Notes: a model not told the origin generated them from the sequence alone. DNA of 47,568 nt from Planctomycetota bacterium (GCA_038231435.1 JBBRLJ010000039.1:1-47568), one strand, 5' to 3'; counted from the first letter of the stretch, positions 7,000 to 17,172 are shown. Program-made: numbers and translations.

Positions 7000-8211
7000 A
7001 TGACCGAACGCGCCAAGGCCGTGACCAAGGACACCGACACCGTGCTCGAGCCGGCGGTCGAGGAGTCGGCGCTCATCTTCCGCGACGCATGGAACCGCAT
7101 GCTCGCCGATCCTGGCAAGGACAAGCTGCGCTTCCCGAAGGAGATCATCTGGTTCGGCGGCGCGCCGGGATCGGGCAAGGGCACCAACACGCCGTTCATC
7201 CTGCGCGAGCGCGGCATCACCGCGCCACCCATCGTCACCTCCGACCTGCTCACCAGTCCCGAGATGCAGCGCATCAAGGACGCCGGCAACCTGGTCGGCG
7301 ACCGCGACGTGATCGCGCTGCTCTTCCGCAAGCTGCTCGATCCCGCGTACGAGAACGGTGTGCTGGTCGATGGTTTCCCACGCACCCGCATCCAGGTCGA
7401 ATGTCTGAAGCTCTTCTATCAGAAGATGCTCGAGCTGCGCAACGAGTTCCGCAATTCGCCGCAGGCGCCGTTCTTCCCCAAGCCCGCCTTCCACATCACC
7501 ATCCTCTACTGCGAGGAGAAGGAATCCGTCGAGCGCCAGATGAAGCGCGGCCGCATGGCGATGTCGCACAACCAGCGCGTCGCCGAGACCGGCGTCGGTA
7601 CGCTGATCGAGGAGCGTCCGACCGACTTCAGCGAAGAGGCCGCGCGCAAACGCTACCGTCTGTTCATGGAGCACACGTACGGCGTGCTCCAGACACTGAA
7701 GGCGGTCTTCCACTTCCACGTCATCAATGCCCAGGCCGACATCGCCACCGTCGAGAAGAACATCAATCGTGAATTCCAGTACCAGAGCTCGCTCGAGCTC
7801 GAGGACGAGACGCTCGACGCGATCAACCACATCCCGCTGGCGTCCGACATCGTGCTCAATGCGCGCCAGCACCTGGTGCGCCGGCTGGATTCGTACCAGC
7901 GTGAAAACGCAGCGCTGTTCAAGCGCGTGATCACGGTCATCGACCAGGAGTTCATGCCGGTGATCCTGCTGCACGGCATCACCGGCCTGGCCAAGATCAC
8001 CACCGAGAACGAGATCTTCGCCAACACCCTGGCGATGAACATGCTGATCGACGTGTTCAACGAGCGCGGCTACCGTGCCACCGGCACCGTCGAGGGCCGC
8101 GACATCCCGACGCGTATCGACCCAGCGACCAACTACATCATCTGCGTGAAGCGTCCGCGCTACCGCTTCGAGATCAGGTTCCAGGGATCGGTCATCCGCC
8201 GCGGGCTCTGA
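7000..8211 (+). CDS. Adenylate kinase-like nucleoside monophosphate kinase with a long C-terminal extension
   Basis: P-loop GGAPGSGKGT, GNLVGD, LVDGFPRT; 403 aa, about twice the length of a canonical Adk; GAGG RBS. Confidence 0.8.
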   Translation: MTERAKAVTKDTDTVLEPAVEESALIFRDAWNRMLADPGKDKLRFPKEIIWFGGAPGSGKGTNTPFILRERGITAPPIVTSDLLTSPEMQRIKDAGNLVGDRDVIALLFRKLLDPAYENGVLVDGFPRTRIQVECLKLFYQKMLELRNEFRNSPQAPFFPKPAFHITILYCEEKESVERQMKRGRMAMSHNQRVAETGVGTLIEERPTDFSEEAARKRYRLFMEHTYGVLQTLKAVFHFHVINAQADIATVEKNINREFQYQSSLELEDETLDAINHIPLASDIVLNARQHLVRRLDSYQRENAALFKRVITVIDQEFMPVILLHGITGLAKITTENEIFANTLAMNMLIDVFNERGYRATGTVEGRDIPTRIDPATNYIICVKRPRYRFEIRFQGSVIRRGL

Positions 8212-8320
8212 TCCCTCGACTGACCTCGACAGATCCCTGGACGATGCCCGGAAATGAGTGCGTCGGCGGACTGAGCGGAGGCGTACACAGGCCTACAGTC
8301 GGCAGTGACGACAGCGGCGG

Positions 8321-10819
8321 TCAATCCGCCTGCGTAACGCCAGTTTCCATCTCCTCGACCACCAGGTCCAGCTCCCGGCTGCCCTGGTGGAGATGCCCGG
8401 TGAAGAGCCCCAACGGGGCGTGCGCCGCCTGCGCTTCGCGCACCCGCTCGGGCTCGAGCGCGCCGTCGCGCAAACCGCCGTACACGCGCACCAGTTCGGC
8501 CACCGCTTCGGGGGCGAGATCGGCGAGCTCGAGCACCCAGGCGTCGACCAGGCCGGCGGTGGGCACGATGTGCTCGGGCGCGCACAGGCGACGTCCCTCC
8601 CAGATCACCGTGTCACGGCGGCGGCGCTGCACCTCGTAGGGCAGGCCGCCGTCGCGGTGGCTCGCGCGGATGGCGCGCACGCCGCCAGGGGCCAGGCCAT
8701 GATCCTGGCGCGTGAGCATCGCCGGCAGCCGCCCCGCCGCGACCAGCGCCAATCGCGGCTGCGCGAGCCCGGCGCAGCGCGCCGCGAGGCGGGCGATCTC
8801 GCGGCCCGAGCACTCGAGACTGATGACCGCCGCCGAGGCGCCGAGCGCGGCGAGCGCGCGCATGGTCTCGGTGGAGTAGACGTTGCAGAAGACGTCGGCG
8901 ATCGCTTCGAGGCCGGCGGCATGGGCAGCAGAGAGGGCGCCGATGTGTCCGGCGACCACCGGTAGTCCGATCGCCGCGAGATGCGGCGAGAGCGGCGCGG
9001 TCGCCGGGTGGCGCAGCCACAGGCTTCCGGAAGCGAAGCCGTCAGCATCGATCCGGGGCGGGGACGCCGACCACAGATCGAGGGTGGCGTCGTCGAGCCA
9101 CACCGCATCGGCGCCGGCCGCGAGCGCCGCCCGACCCGCAGCCAGGCTGCCGACCGCGACCCATAGCCGCGTCTCGCGACGGCGGGCGGTGCCGACCTCG
9201 GGCGCGATGAAGGACGGCGCGGTAGGCGCCGTCGCCGGTGCCGCGGGCACCTGGGCCACGAGGGCGTCGACGAGCGTACGGCGCACCAGTTTGAGCACCG
9301 ACGCCGGCAGGAAGCAGGCGCCGTCGAGGCGCAGCTCGAGACCCGCGAGATGGAAGGCGGTGCCGCCGAACGCGCCGAGCTTGTCTCGCACCATCGCCTC
9401 GTCGATCGGGGCGTTGGTGGCTGCGCGCAGCGGCTCAGAGCTCTGCGAGCTTGCCGTTCGGCCATCGCTGGTCACCGCGTCGGCGCTCAGCGCCTGCCCG
9501 GGGCGTCCGCTGACGATCAAGTCGACCCCGATCGTCGCCGTGCCTGCTTCCGGCACCGGCACGCGCGCCATCGCCGCGGTGGCCTCGCGCTTGCGCTCGT
9601 GGTCGGCGTTGCGGAAGAGCGCGAGACCCGCTGGCAGGCGTGGTCCGTGCTCGGCAATGCGCGCGGCCAGCCGCCAGGTTCCCGGCTTGGAACCGCGTTC
9701 GGCGCGCGTGACCAGGAAACCGCCGTTGTGGAACCCGACCGAGAACGCATAGCCCTGTCCAGGGCGGATCTCACTCCGGCATTCAACCACCAGCTCGCCG
9801 CGCGCCCGGTCGGCGCTCACCACGGTCGCATCCGGGGCGCGATCCTGCACCGGATCGTAGCGGTGCAGCCGGGCGCTCTCGGCGTAGTCGCCAGCGAGCG
9901 GCGCGTCGGAATTCGCGCGCGCGAACACGTCTTTGAGCAGTTCACGCGCCCGCGCGAGATCCGGCTTGCGCCCCTGCTCCCAGGCGTCGGCCGCCTCGCG
10001 ATAGACCCGGCTGACGGTGTAGACGTACTCGGGGCCCTTCAGGCGCCCCTCGATCTTCAGCGAGGCTACGCCGATGTCCGCCAGCTCGCCGACGCGCGCG
10101 ACCAGCGACAGGTCGCGCATGGACAGCATGGTATCCTCGGACCGTCCGTTCTCTCCTGTTGATGGACCCGTTGACGGACCTTCTTCCCGGTAATCGAAGC
10201 GGCAGTTCTGCGCGCACGTGCCGCGGTTGGCGCTGCGGCAGCCGGCGAAGTTCGACATCAGGCACTGGCCGCTGAAGGCGTAGCACAGCGCGCCATGCAC
10301 GAAGTGCTCGGTCTCGATGCCCAGTTTCTCCGCCGAGCGCGTGCAAGCGTCGACTTCGGCGAGGGTCAGCTCGCGCGCCAGGATCACGCGCTCGGCGCCG
10401 AGCCGCGCCAGCGCCTCGACCTGGCTCGGATCGTGCACCGTCATCTGCGTGGATGCGTGGCGCTCGAGCCCCGGCAGCTCGCGCCCGAGCGCGTGCCAGA
10501 GGCCCAGATCCTGGACGATCACCGCGTCGACGCTCGCGTCGCGCGCGCAGGCCGCGAGCTCGAGCGCCTTGGGATACTCGTCGTCATGGACGAGGGTGTT
10601 CATCACCACGTAGCACTTCACGCCGTGACCGTGCAGGTAGTCGACGTGGCGCGCGAGATCAGCCTTGCGGAAGTTCGCTGCCCGTCCGCGGGCGTTGAAA
10701 TGACGCAAGCCCAGGTACACCGCGTCGGCACCACCGGCGACCGCGGCCGGCAGGCACTCGGCCGAACCCACCGGAGCGAGGATCTCGGGACGCGTGCGCG
10801 CGTTCCCGGAACGCTTCAT
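8321..10819 (-). CDS. Peptidase U32 family Fe-S protein, RlhA-like (RNA hydroxylation)
   Basis: PEILAPVG, GADAVYLG, HASTQM, RVILAREL, HGALCYAFSGQCLMS...SANRGTCAQNCR, SLKIEGRLK; long C-terminal region as in RlhA-type members. Confidence 0.85.
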   Translation of the reverse strand: MKRSGNARTRPEILAPVGSAECLPAAVAGGADAVYLGLRHFNARGRAANFRKADLARHVDYLHGHGVKCYVVMNTLVHDDEYPKALELAACARDASVDAVIVQDLGLWHALGRELPGLERHASTQMTVHDPSQVEALARLGAERVILARELTLAEVDACTRSAEKLGIETEHFVHGALCYAFSGQCLMSNFAGCRSANRGTCAQNCRFDYREEGPSTGPSTGENGRSEDTMLSMRDLSLVARVGELADIGVASLKIEGRLKGPEYVYTVSRVYREAADAWEQGRKPDLARARELLKDVFARANSDAPLAGDYAESARLHRYDPVQDRAPDATVVSADRARGELVVECRSEIRPGQGYAFSVGFHNGGFLVTRAERGSKPGTWRLAARIAEHGPRLPAGLALFRNADHERKREATAAMARVPVPEAGTATIGVDLIVSGRPGQALSADAVTSDGRTASSQSSEPLRAATNAPIDEAMVRDKLGAFGGTAFHLAGLELRLDGACFLPASVLKLVRRTLVDALVAQVPAAPATAPTAPSFIAPEVGTARRRETRLWVAVGSLAAGRAALAAGADAVWLDDATLDLWSASPPRIDADGFASGSLWLRHPATAPLSPHLAAIGLPVVAGHIGALSAAHAAGLEAIADVFCNVYSTETMRALAALGASAAVISLECSGREIARLAARCAGLAQPRLALVAAGRLPAMLTRQDHGLAPGGVRAIRASHRDGGLPYEVQRRRRDTVIWEGRRLCAPEHIVPTAGLVDAWVLELADLAPEAVAELVRVYGGLRDGALEPERVREAQAAHAPLGLFTGHLHQGSRELDLVVEEMETGVTQAD

Positions 10820-12252
10820 GGCGCTGGTACCGCAGCAGGAGTCGCGGCAGGAGTCGCGGCGGACGCGGGCGCCGCAGGCGCAACCGGTGCGCCGGCCACC
10901 AGTATGCGCGCGCGGGCGCGGAATTCCTCGGGGATGGCTTCGCAGTCGAGATGCCGCGCCAGGGCGCGTAGCGCGCGCTCGCGCACCGCCTCAGGCTTGG
11001 GGGCCGGCGGGCGCGTGCGTTCGGGCACCAGCTCGCGGCGGGCGCGCTCGCCTGCCGGTTCGGTGCCGTCGGTCGCCGCGTCGAGCCATTGCTGGAACAG
11101 CTCGGCGGGATGCGGCCGCTCCTGCCAAGCGATGATGTCGTAACCGGCGTCGTCCTCGCGCACGCTCAGGCGCGACGAGAGCTCGTCCTTGGCGTCGCCC
11201 TCCTTCGTGGCCTTCGCATCCGTGTCATGGGACGCGGATTCCTGCGCGCGCTCCCATTCCTGGAGCAACCCGGCTCCGGGCTGTTCAACCCGCTTCCAAC
11301 CCCCCTTCCCCAGGTGCCGCTCGAGCTGCGCGAGCGCGGGTTCGGTCGAGCCATCACGCGCGATGGTGGTCTTGCCGGCGACGCGGCCGATCCAGCCGCG
11401 CACCAGCTGGTGCTGGAAGGCGGCGGTCCAGCGCAGGGTATCGGCCTGCGGCGGCTGCGGCAGCTGGCTGCCCCAGTCGGCGAGTTCGAGATCGGCGGAG
11501 CCAGCAGGCGCCCCGGCTCCGAGCTGGTCGATGACGGTCTCGGCGATGCCGCGGCCGAAGCCCGCGTACCAGCTCGGCCATGATCCCTGGCCGCCCGTGC
11601 TGTGATGGGCGATGGACAGCACCGAGGCATGCTCGCCGCCGTTCTGCTGCAGGCGCGCCGCTGGATGGGCGGCCGGCAGGCGCACGGCCGAGGTGCGGCA
11701 ACGGATGACGGCGGCGCATGCGCCGCTGGTCGCCTGCGGCGTCGCGCCATCGATGGTCGCAACGCGGATGACGTAGGACGCGCCGAGCGCGAGCACCTGG
11801 CCGGTGTCGGAAGCCGGCCCGCGCAGCGGATCGAGGATCGCCGCGCCGCCGCGCTTGGTGATGGTCTCGGCGAGCGCGTACATCACCGCGGCGGTGAGTG
11901 GCGAATGATCCTCGCCCGAGACTACGATGAAGCGCCGGAGATCGAGTCCTGGACCGGCGCCGCCCTCGGGTTTAGGAGCGATGGATATCCACGTGGCGCG
12001 GTTCTCGGCGGCGATTGGCAGGGATGCGACCTGGTAGATGGCCTTCTGCGACGGGCAGAACACACCGGGATTGATCTCGGGCCCGCCAGAACCGCGCGGC
12101 GGCGCCTTCATGATCATGGGAATGGCCATGACGGTGACGCCGAGGACGAGTATGAGCGGCATGAAGCTGTTACGCATGGAACGCTGGGCCCTGGCAGTGT
12201 GGTTCTGGAGCGAGGTGTTGCTGAAGTGAGGTACTGGAAGTGGGGCGCGCAT
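10816..12252 (-). CDS. Hypothetical membrane-anchored protein
   Basis: N-terminal hydrophobic segment (FMPLILVLGVTVMAIPMIM); stop overlaps the U32 start (ATGA). Exact start uncertain. Confidence 0.7.
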   Translation of the reverse strand: MRAPLPVPHFSNTSLQNHTARAQRSMRNSFMPLILVLGVTVMAIPMIMKAPPRGSGGPEINPGVFCPSQKAIYQVASLPIAAENRATWISIAPKPEGGAGPGLDLRRFIVVSGEDHSPLTAAVMYALAETITKRGGAAILDPLRGPASDTGQVLALGASYVIRVATIDGATPQATSGACAAVIRCRTSAVRLPAAHPAARLQQNGGEHASVLSIAHHSTGGQGSWPSWYAGFGRGIAETVIDQLGAGAPAGSADLELADWGSQLPQPPQADTLRWTAAFQHQLVRGWIGRVAGKTTIARDGSTEPALAQLERHLGKGGWKRVEQPGAGLLQEWERAQESASHDTDAKATKEGDAKDELSSRLSVREDDAGYDIIAWQERPHPAELFQQWLDAATDGTEPAGERARRELVPERTRPPAPKPEAVRERALRALARHLDCEAIPEEFRARARILVAGAPVAPAAPASAATPAATPAAVPAP

Positions 12253-12506
12253 GGTCGCCGCTGGGTGGACGGGACAAACGATAAGTGATGCTCAAGACTC
12301 GTGCCCGGCCCCTTGAGGTTCCGCAAAAAAACCATGCTACGCCCATCGGCGCAGGAGCTTAGGCCAGCCCAATCGCCACTCCGGAGTTGGCCTAGCCCCA
12401 GGCGGATCCCGTCACCAGGCGCGCCACACACCGCCATGGCGTGACCTCGGGAGCTTTGAATACCCGCGACTTCGGCGCCGTGTAGACTGCAACCAGGGAG
12501 GCCATC

Positions 12507-13151
12507 ATGAGCACCATGCGTCGGCTCCATATCGCGCGGTCCGCTGTCGTCTCCGGTATCGGCGTCGGGATGCTCTCCTTGCTGCTTACGTCCCCCGCCA
12601 GCGCGGTCGACGACGATGGCGGTGTGTCGATCGGCCACTGGGGCAACAACCTGCTCATCACCGCGCCCACCGGTTCCGAGGACGTCAAGCTCGGCAAGCG
12701 CATGAAGGAGCATGTCACCGTCGACTTCAACGATACGCCGATCTCGGATGTGGTCGATTTCCTGCGCAAGGTGACCTCGACCAACATCGTCTGCGATCCC
12801 GCCGTCACGGCGGCCGGCACCACCGTCACGCTCAAGGCGAAGGACATGGAGCTGGGTAGCGTGCTGCACTGGGTGGTCAGCCTGTCGAAGATCAACATGG
12901 GCTTCGTCGATGGCGCGATCTACCTCTCCGAGAAGCCGTACCAGGGCGCGACCAAGACGGTGATGTACGACGTCAGCGACATGGTCATGCCGATCCACGA
13001 TTTCCCGGGGCCCGAGGTGGCGTTCAACGCCGGCGGCCAGAGCGGCGTCCTCTTCACTCCCGCCGCCGCTGAGCAGGACACGCGCACGACCACGGTGGAG
13101 GAGCTCGAGGACATCCTGCGCAAGCATCTGGCCAAGCAGTCGTCGCACTGA
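12507..13151 (+). CDS. Exported protein with a secretin/TonB N-terminal (STN)-like domain
   Basis: Signal peptide ending PASA; VTVDFNDTPISDVVDFLR...VTLKAKDMEL...L and YDVSDM motifs typical of secretin N-domains; no beta-barrel secretin core. Confidence 0.7.
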   Translation: MSTMRRLHIARSAVVSGIGVGMLSLLLTSPASAVDDDGGVSIGHWGNNLLITAPTGSEDVKLGKRMKEHVTVDFNDTPISDVVDFLRKVTSTNIVCDPAVTAAGTTVTLKAKDMELGSVLHWVVSLSKINMGFVDGAIYLSEKPYQGATKTVMYDVSDMVMPIHDFPGPEVAFNAGGQSGVLFTPAAAEQDTRTTTVEELEDILRKHLAKQSSH

Positions 13152-13167
13152 TCGCGGATACCCTCGC

Positions 13168-13650
13168 TCAGCGACGGCGCAGACGCGGGAACCAACGCGG
13201 CACCGCCGCGCAGTAGGCCATGTATCCGTCGCCGTAGCGACGCCTGAGCCCTGGCTCCTCCCACAGCACCACCAGGCACTGCACGAACACCAGCGAGCCG
13301 AGCGCGTACTTCGTGAGCCACGCCGAGCGGAACAGCAGGGCTTCGCCGATGATCACCGCATTGACGGCCACGTACATCGGGTTGCGCACGACACGGTAGG
13401 GCCCACGCGCCACCAGTGCGCGCGGCGGATCCGCGGGATTCGGCGTCCCCCTGCCGGCGGTGGCGAATTCCCACGCGCACCACAGGTACAGCGCGGCGCC
13501 GAGCGCCATCGGCGCCAGGCCGAGCCAGCGCCATGGTCCGCCGCCCCACGTGGGCACGTTCCCGTCACCGTGCACGAGCGCCCACGGAATCAGGACGGTG
13601 AGGGCGACCGGGACCAGCAGCGTATAAATGGCGGTCTTTGCCAGGGACAT
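13168..13650 (-). CDS. Isoprenylcysteine carboxylmethyltransferase / phospholipid methyltransferase family membrane protein
   Basis: GRGTPNP..PP..LV..GPYRVVRNPMY, WEEP.L..RYG..Y..YC..VPRW. Confidence 0.88.
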   Translation of the reverse strand: MSLAKTAIYTLLVPVALTVLIPWALVHGDGNVPTWGGGPWRWLGLAPMALGAALYLWCAWEFATAGRGTPNPADPPRALVARGPYRVVRNPMYVAVNAVIIGEALLFRSAWLTKYALGSLVFVQCLVVLWEEPGLRRRYGDGYMAYCAAVPRWFPRLRRR

Positions 13651-13735
13651 CGGCCGGGACGCTGGGGATCAGGGAAACGAGGGAAGTGAGAAGAGGCACG
13701 CGGATCCCGCGCGCGCTGCGGAATATCCAAGCAAA

Positions 13736-13767
13736 CGAAAAACCCGGCCTCTCGGCCGGGTTTTTCG
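13736..13767 (-). terminator. Intrinsic terminator downstream of rpsA (bidirectional shape)
   Basis: CGAAAAACCCGGCC-tctc-GGCCGGGTTTTTCG perfect inverted repeat ~20 nt after the rpsA stop. Confidence 0.88.
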
Positions 13768-13786
13768 GGTCTGCTTCGCTGCGATC

Positions 13787-15412
13787 TCAGCCGGTGACGT
13801 TCTTCATGCTCAGGCCGATCTTGCGCGTCTCGAGGTCGACGTTCAGGACCTTGACCTTGACCGCGGCGCCGATCGCCGGCGCGTCCTCGGGCTTGCCGCT
13901 GTCCATCTCGGACACGTGCAGCAGGCCTTCGAGTCCGTCGAGGATCTCGACGAACACGCCGAAGTTGGTGATCTTGGTGACCTTGCCGTCGAGCACCGCG
14001 CCCTTGGTGAGCTTCTTCGGGATCTCGTCGGTCCAGGGATCGGCGCTGAGCTGCTTCATGCCCAGCGAGATGCGCTGGCGCTCCTTGTCGATCTCGAGGA
14101 TCACGCACTCGACCTCTTGGTCCTTGTTGATCTCGGGGCTCGGGTGGGTGAGCTTCTTGGTCCAGCTGATGTCGTTGACGTGCAGCAGGCCCTCGACGCC
14201 GGGCTCGATCTCGACGAACGCACCGTAGTTGGTGAGGTTCTTGACCTTGCCCTTGATCTTGGTGCCGACCGGGAAGCGATCCTTGATGGTCTCCCAGGGA
14301 TTCGACTCGGCCTGCTTCATGCCGAGCGAGATCTCCTGCTTCTCGTTGTCGATGTCGAGGATCATCACCTTCACCTTGTCGGCGGGCTTCACGATCTCGC
14401 TCGGATGGGCGATCTGACGGGTCCACGACATCTCGGAAACGTGGACGAGGCCTTCGATGCCGTCGGCCAGGCGCACGAACGCGCCGTAGGTCATGAGATT
14501 CACGACCTCGCCATCCTGCACCGAGCCCACGGGATAGCGCTCCTGGATGTCTTCCCACGGGTTGCGGGTCTTCTGCTTGAGGCCGAGCGAGATGCGGTTG
14601 CGCTCCGCATCGTAGTCGAGCACGACCACTTCGATCTTCTGGCCGATGTGCACGACTTCCGACGGGTGGTTGACGCGGCCCCACGACATGTCGGTGATGT
14701 GCAGCAGGCCGTCGAGGCCGCCCAGGTCGATGAACGCGCCGAAGTCGGTGATGTTCTTGACCTGGCCTTCGCGCAGATCGCCGACGTGCAGTTCCTTGAC
14801 CAGGTTCTCGCGGTTCTTCTTGCGCTCCTCCTCGAGGACCTTGCGGCGCGAGACCACGATGTTCTTCCGCTCGGCGTCGATCTTGATGATCTCGGCCTCG
14901 ATGGTCTGGCCGATGTACTCGCCGACATCCGGCGCACGGCGCAGATCGACCTGGGAAGCGGGCAGGAACACCGGCACGCCGATGTCGACCAGCAGGCCGC
15001 CCTTGATCTTGCGCAGCACCTTGCCGGTGACCTTGTCGCCTTCTTTGTTGTTGCCGAGAACCTGATTCCAGCCGATCTGCAGATCGGCCTGGCGCTTCGA
15101 GAGCACCAGGTCGCCGCTCGGCTTGATCTCGACGATCATCACCTGGACCTTGGCGCCGACCGAGACGTCCTCGGTGTTGAACTCTTCCTTCGCGACCACG
15201 CCCTCGGACTTGTAGCCGATGTCGATGACGATGTCGTCGTTGTGGTTGCCGACCACGAAGCCCGTCACGATGGTGCGGGGTTCGAAGGCGTTCTTGCCGG
15301 TGTCGAGGCTGGCGAGGAAGGCCTGCTCGGTGTCTTTGCCGAGGGCGGATTCGAGTTCGGTGGCCATCAACGCGTCGTCGACGACGTTGATCTGTTCGAG
15401 GCGTGCGGGCAT
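13787..15412 (-). CDS. rpsA: 30S ribosomal protein S1
   Basis: Repeated S1 domains: DIGYKSEG, FLPASQVD, NITDFGAFIDLGGLDGLLHITDMSW, GIEGLVHVSEMSW. Confidence 0.97.
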   Translation of the reverse strand: MPARLEQINVVDDALMATELESALGKDTEQAFLASLDTGKNAFEPRTIVTGFVVGNHNDDIVIDIGYKSEGVVAKEEFNTEDVSVGAKVQVMIVEIKPSGDLVLSKRQADLQIGWNQVLGNNKEGDKVTGKVLRKIKGGLLVDIGVPVFLPASQVDLRRAPDVGEYIGQTIEAEIIKIDAERKNIVVSRRKVLEEERKKNRENLVKELHVGDLREGQVKNITDFGAFIDLGGLDGLLHITDMSWGRVNHPSEVVHIGQKIEVVVLDYDAERNRISLGLKQKTRNPWEDIQERYPVGSVQDGEVVNLMTYGAFVRLADGIEGLVHVSEMSWTRQIAHPSEIVKPADKVKVMILDIDNEKQEISLGMKQAESNPWETIKDRFPVGTKIKGKVKNLTNYGAFVEIEPGVEGLLHVNDISWTKKLTHPSPEINKDQEVECVILEIDKERQRISLGMKQLSADPWTDEIPKKLTKGAVLDGKVTKITNFGVFVEILDGLEGLLHVSEMDSGKPEDAPAIGAAVKVKVLNVDLETRKIGLSMKNVTG

Positions 15413-15613
15413 GGGTTCTCTATTCGGTCGGTCCGGTCGGTTCCCCAGTCGGGAACCCGGACGTCACTTGGTTGCGGCACGCGCCTGTTTCCCGGAGGGA
15501 AGTCCCCGAAGGGATGCGCGAGCCTCGGTTGGGCCCGGCATCGGCATGGACCATCCATGCATGTGCCAGGCTTTGGGGGCCCCGCAGGATAGCGGTCCGA
15601 CCCGCTAGGCAAG

Positions 15614-15645
15614 GCTTTCAGTTGGGGGGCTACGGCCCCCCAACT
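15614..15645 (+). repeat. REP-like palindrome family B, copy 2
   Basis: GCTTTCAGTTGGGGGGC-TACG-GCCCCCCAACT; its end overlaps the PTS IIA stop codon. Confidence 0.85.
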
Positions 15646-16168
15646 AAGAAAACACGTCGCGCAGGGCGTTGTACACGTCCTGCACCTCGCGCGCGGCGAG
15701 GATGCGCTCGATGATGTCCTCGCGCTGCACGATCTGGGCGAACTCGCGGTACACCTGCAGATAGAGACGGTCGTCGTAGGGCGGGCTGGCGAGCAGGAAG
15801 AACAGCCTGGTCGGCTCGCCGTCGAGACTGGCGAACGGCAGGCCGTCGCCGCCGGCGCGCGCGAGACCCATGACGAAGCGCCGCACCTGCAGGGTGCGCA
15901 CGTGCGGGACGGCGATCCCGGGGGCGATGGCGGTGGTCGCCTTGCGCTCGCGGTTGATCAGGTCGCGCAGCAGTTTGGCGCGGTTGACCACCGCGCCGCT
16001 GCGATCGAGCAGCTCGGCGAATTCCTCGAGCGCGCGCTCCTTGTCGTTGCGCAGCCGGCTCGCGCGCTGGCCCGCCGATTCCTCCTCGAGCGGCACCACG
16101 GGTTCGCTGGGAACGGTCTCGAGCTCGAGCTTCACGCAATCGGAATGGAGGAAGCGCAGGACATTCAT
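15644..16168 (-). CDS. PTS EIIA domain protein (fructose/mannitol/Ntr type)
   Basis: RERKATTAIAPGIAVPHVR (phospho-His motif); F.SLDGEPTRLFFLL. Confidence 0.88.
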   Translation of the reverse strand: MNVLRFLHSDCVKLELETVPSEPVVPLEEESAGQRASRLRNDKERALEEFAELLDRSGAVVNRAKLLRDLINRERKATTAIAPGIAVPHVRTLQVRRFVMGLARAGGDGLPFASLDGEPTRLFFLLASPPYDDRLYLQVYREFAQIVQREDIIERILAAREVQDVYNALRDVFS

Positions 16169-16223
16169 GGCTGGATGAGCGCCAGAGGATCACGGCCTCG
16201 GCCGGCTGACAAGCTCCGCTGGC

Positions 16224-17153
16224 CTATTTCTTGATTTTCGAGCCGCCGAGGGGCATCAAGTCGCCGGTGACCTCGGCATCATCGCCGAGCATGATATTGC
16301 CGAGCTTGCCGTCGTCGCTGAACAGGACGACGATCTTGCTGCCGAAGGCCTGCATCTCGACGGTCTTATCCTTGGCGCCGGCGGCATCCGCCTGCTTACC
16401 CTGGACCTGCTGGCCGAGGCGGCGCACCACCGCCTTGCGGATCGGCTTGTCCCCCTGCTTGTCGCTGCCGTAGAGGGTGATGCTGTGCGGCCGCAGATTG
16501 GAGAGGCCATTCTCGGTGATCTCGCCGATGGCGTCGATCTCGCCGTGGTCGGCCCAACCTTCGTGCGGGAGCCATTCGCTGCCGTTGCGCAGATCTCCAG
16601 AGAAATCGCCGAGCGAGGTGAGCAGGATGCGGTAGTGCGCGACCAGCGGAGCCTTCGCCTCCGGCTCGAGCCGGGTGATGTGCGCCGAGACCGGGGTGAG
16701 CAGGCCGTGGAAGCCCATGCGGGGGAGCTCAGTGAGCCTGGTGTCGAGGATCACCCGATCCGGCTTCGGGCCGTCTGGCCCCGACAAGATCCGGCCGTGG
16801 TCGAGCACCGAGGTGGTGGTCCCGGGGAAGGTCGATTGGCTGAAGTCCATGGCGTCCGCGGCCAGGACGATCTTCTCGTAGGTGATCTTCGGTCCGCCGG
16901 CCAACGACGTGGTGCTCGGTTGATCGGATGCGATATTGACGCTGATGCCCTTGGGCGCCGAGATCGTCACCAGGGGCACGGCCACGGCCACCTTGTCGGG
17001 TCCATCCTCGGACCCGGACACGTCCTTAGGTGGATTGGTGAACTCGAATGCGGAAGCGGTCAGCGCACCGAACAGCCAGCACGAACAGAGGATGGCGATG
17101 ATCGCGAGCGAGCGCCCGGAATACCGCTGGGCATCGCCCAGGAGATGGGTCAT
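16224..17153 (-). CDS. Hypothetical exported protein
   Basis: Signal-peptide-like segment ending LTASA; start set at ATG 17153, 19 nt after the HU stop. Confidence 0.7.
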   Translation of the reverse strand: MTHLLGDAQRYSGRSLAIIAILCSCWLFGALTASAFEFTNPPKDVSGSEDGPDKVAVAVPLVTISAPKGISVNIASDQPSTTSLAGGPKITYEKIVLAADAMDFSQSTFPGTTTSVLDHGRILSGPDGPKPDRVILDTRLTELPRMGFHGLLTPVSAHITRLEPEAKAPLVAHYRILLTSLGDFSGDLRNGSEWLPHEGWADHGEIDAIGEITENGLSNLRPHSITLYGSDKQGDKPIRKAVVRRLGQQVQGKQADAAGAKDKTVEMQAFGSKIVVLFSDDGKLGNIMLGDDAEVTGDLMPLGGSKIKK

Positions 17154-17172
17154 GCGGGCAATCGCTACCGGC

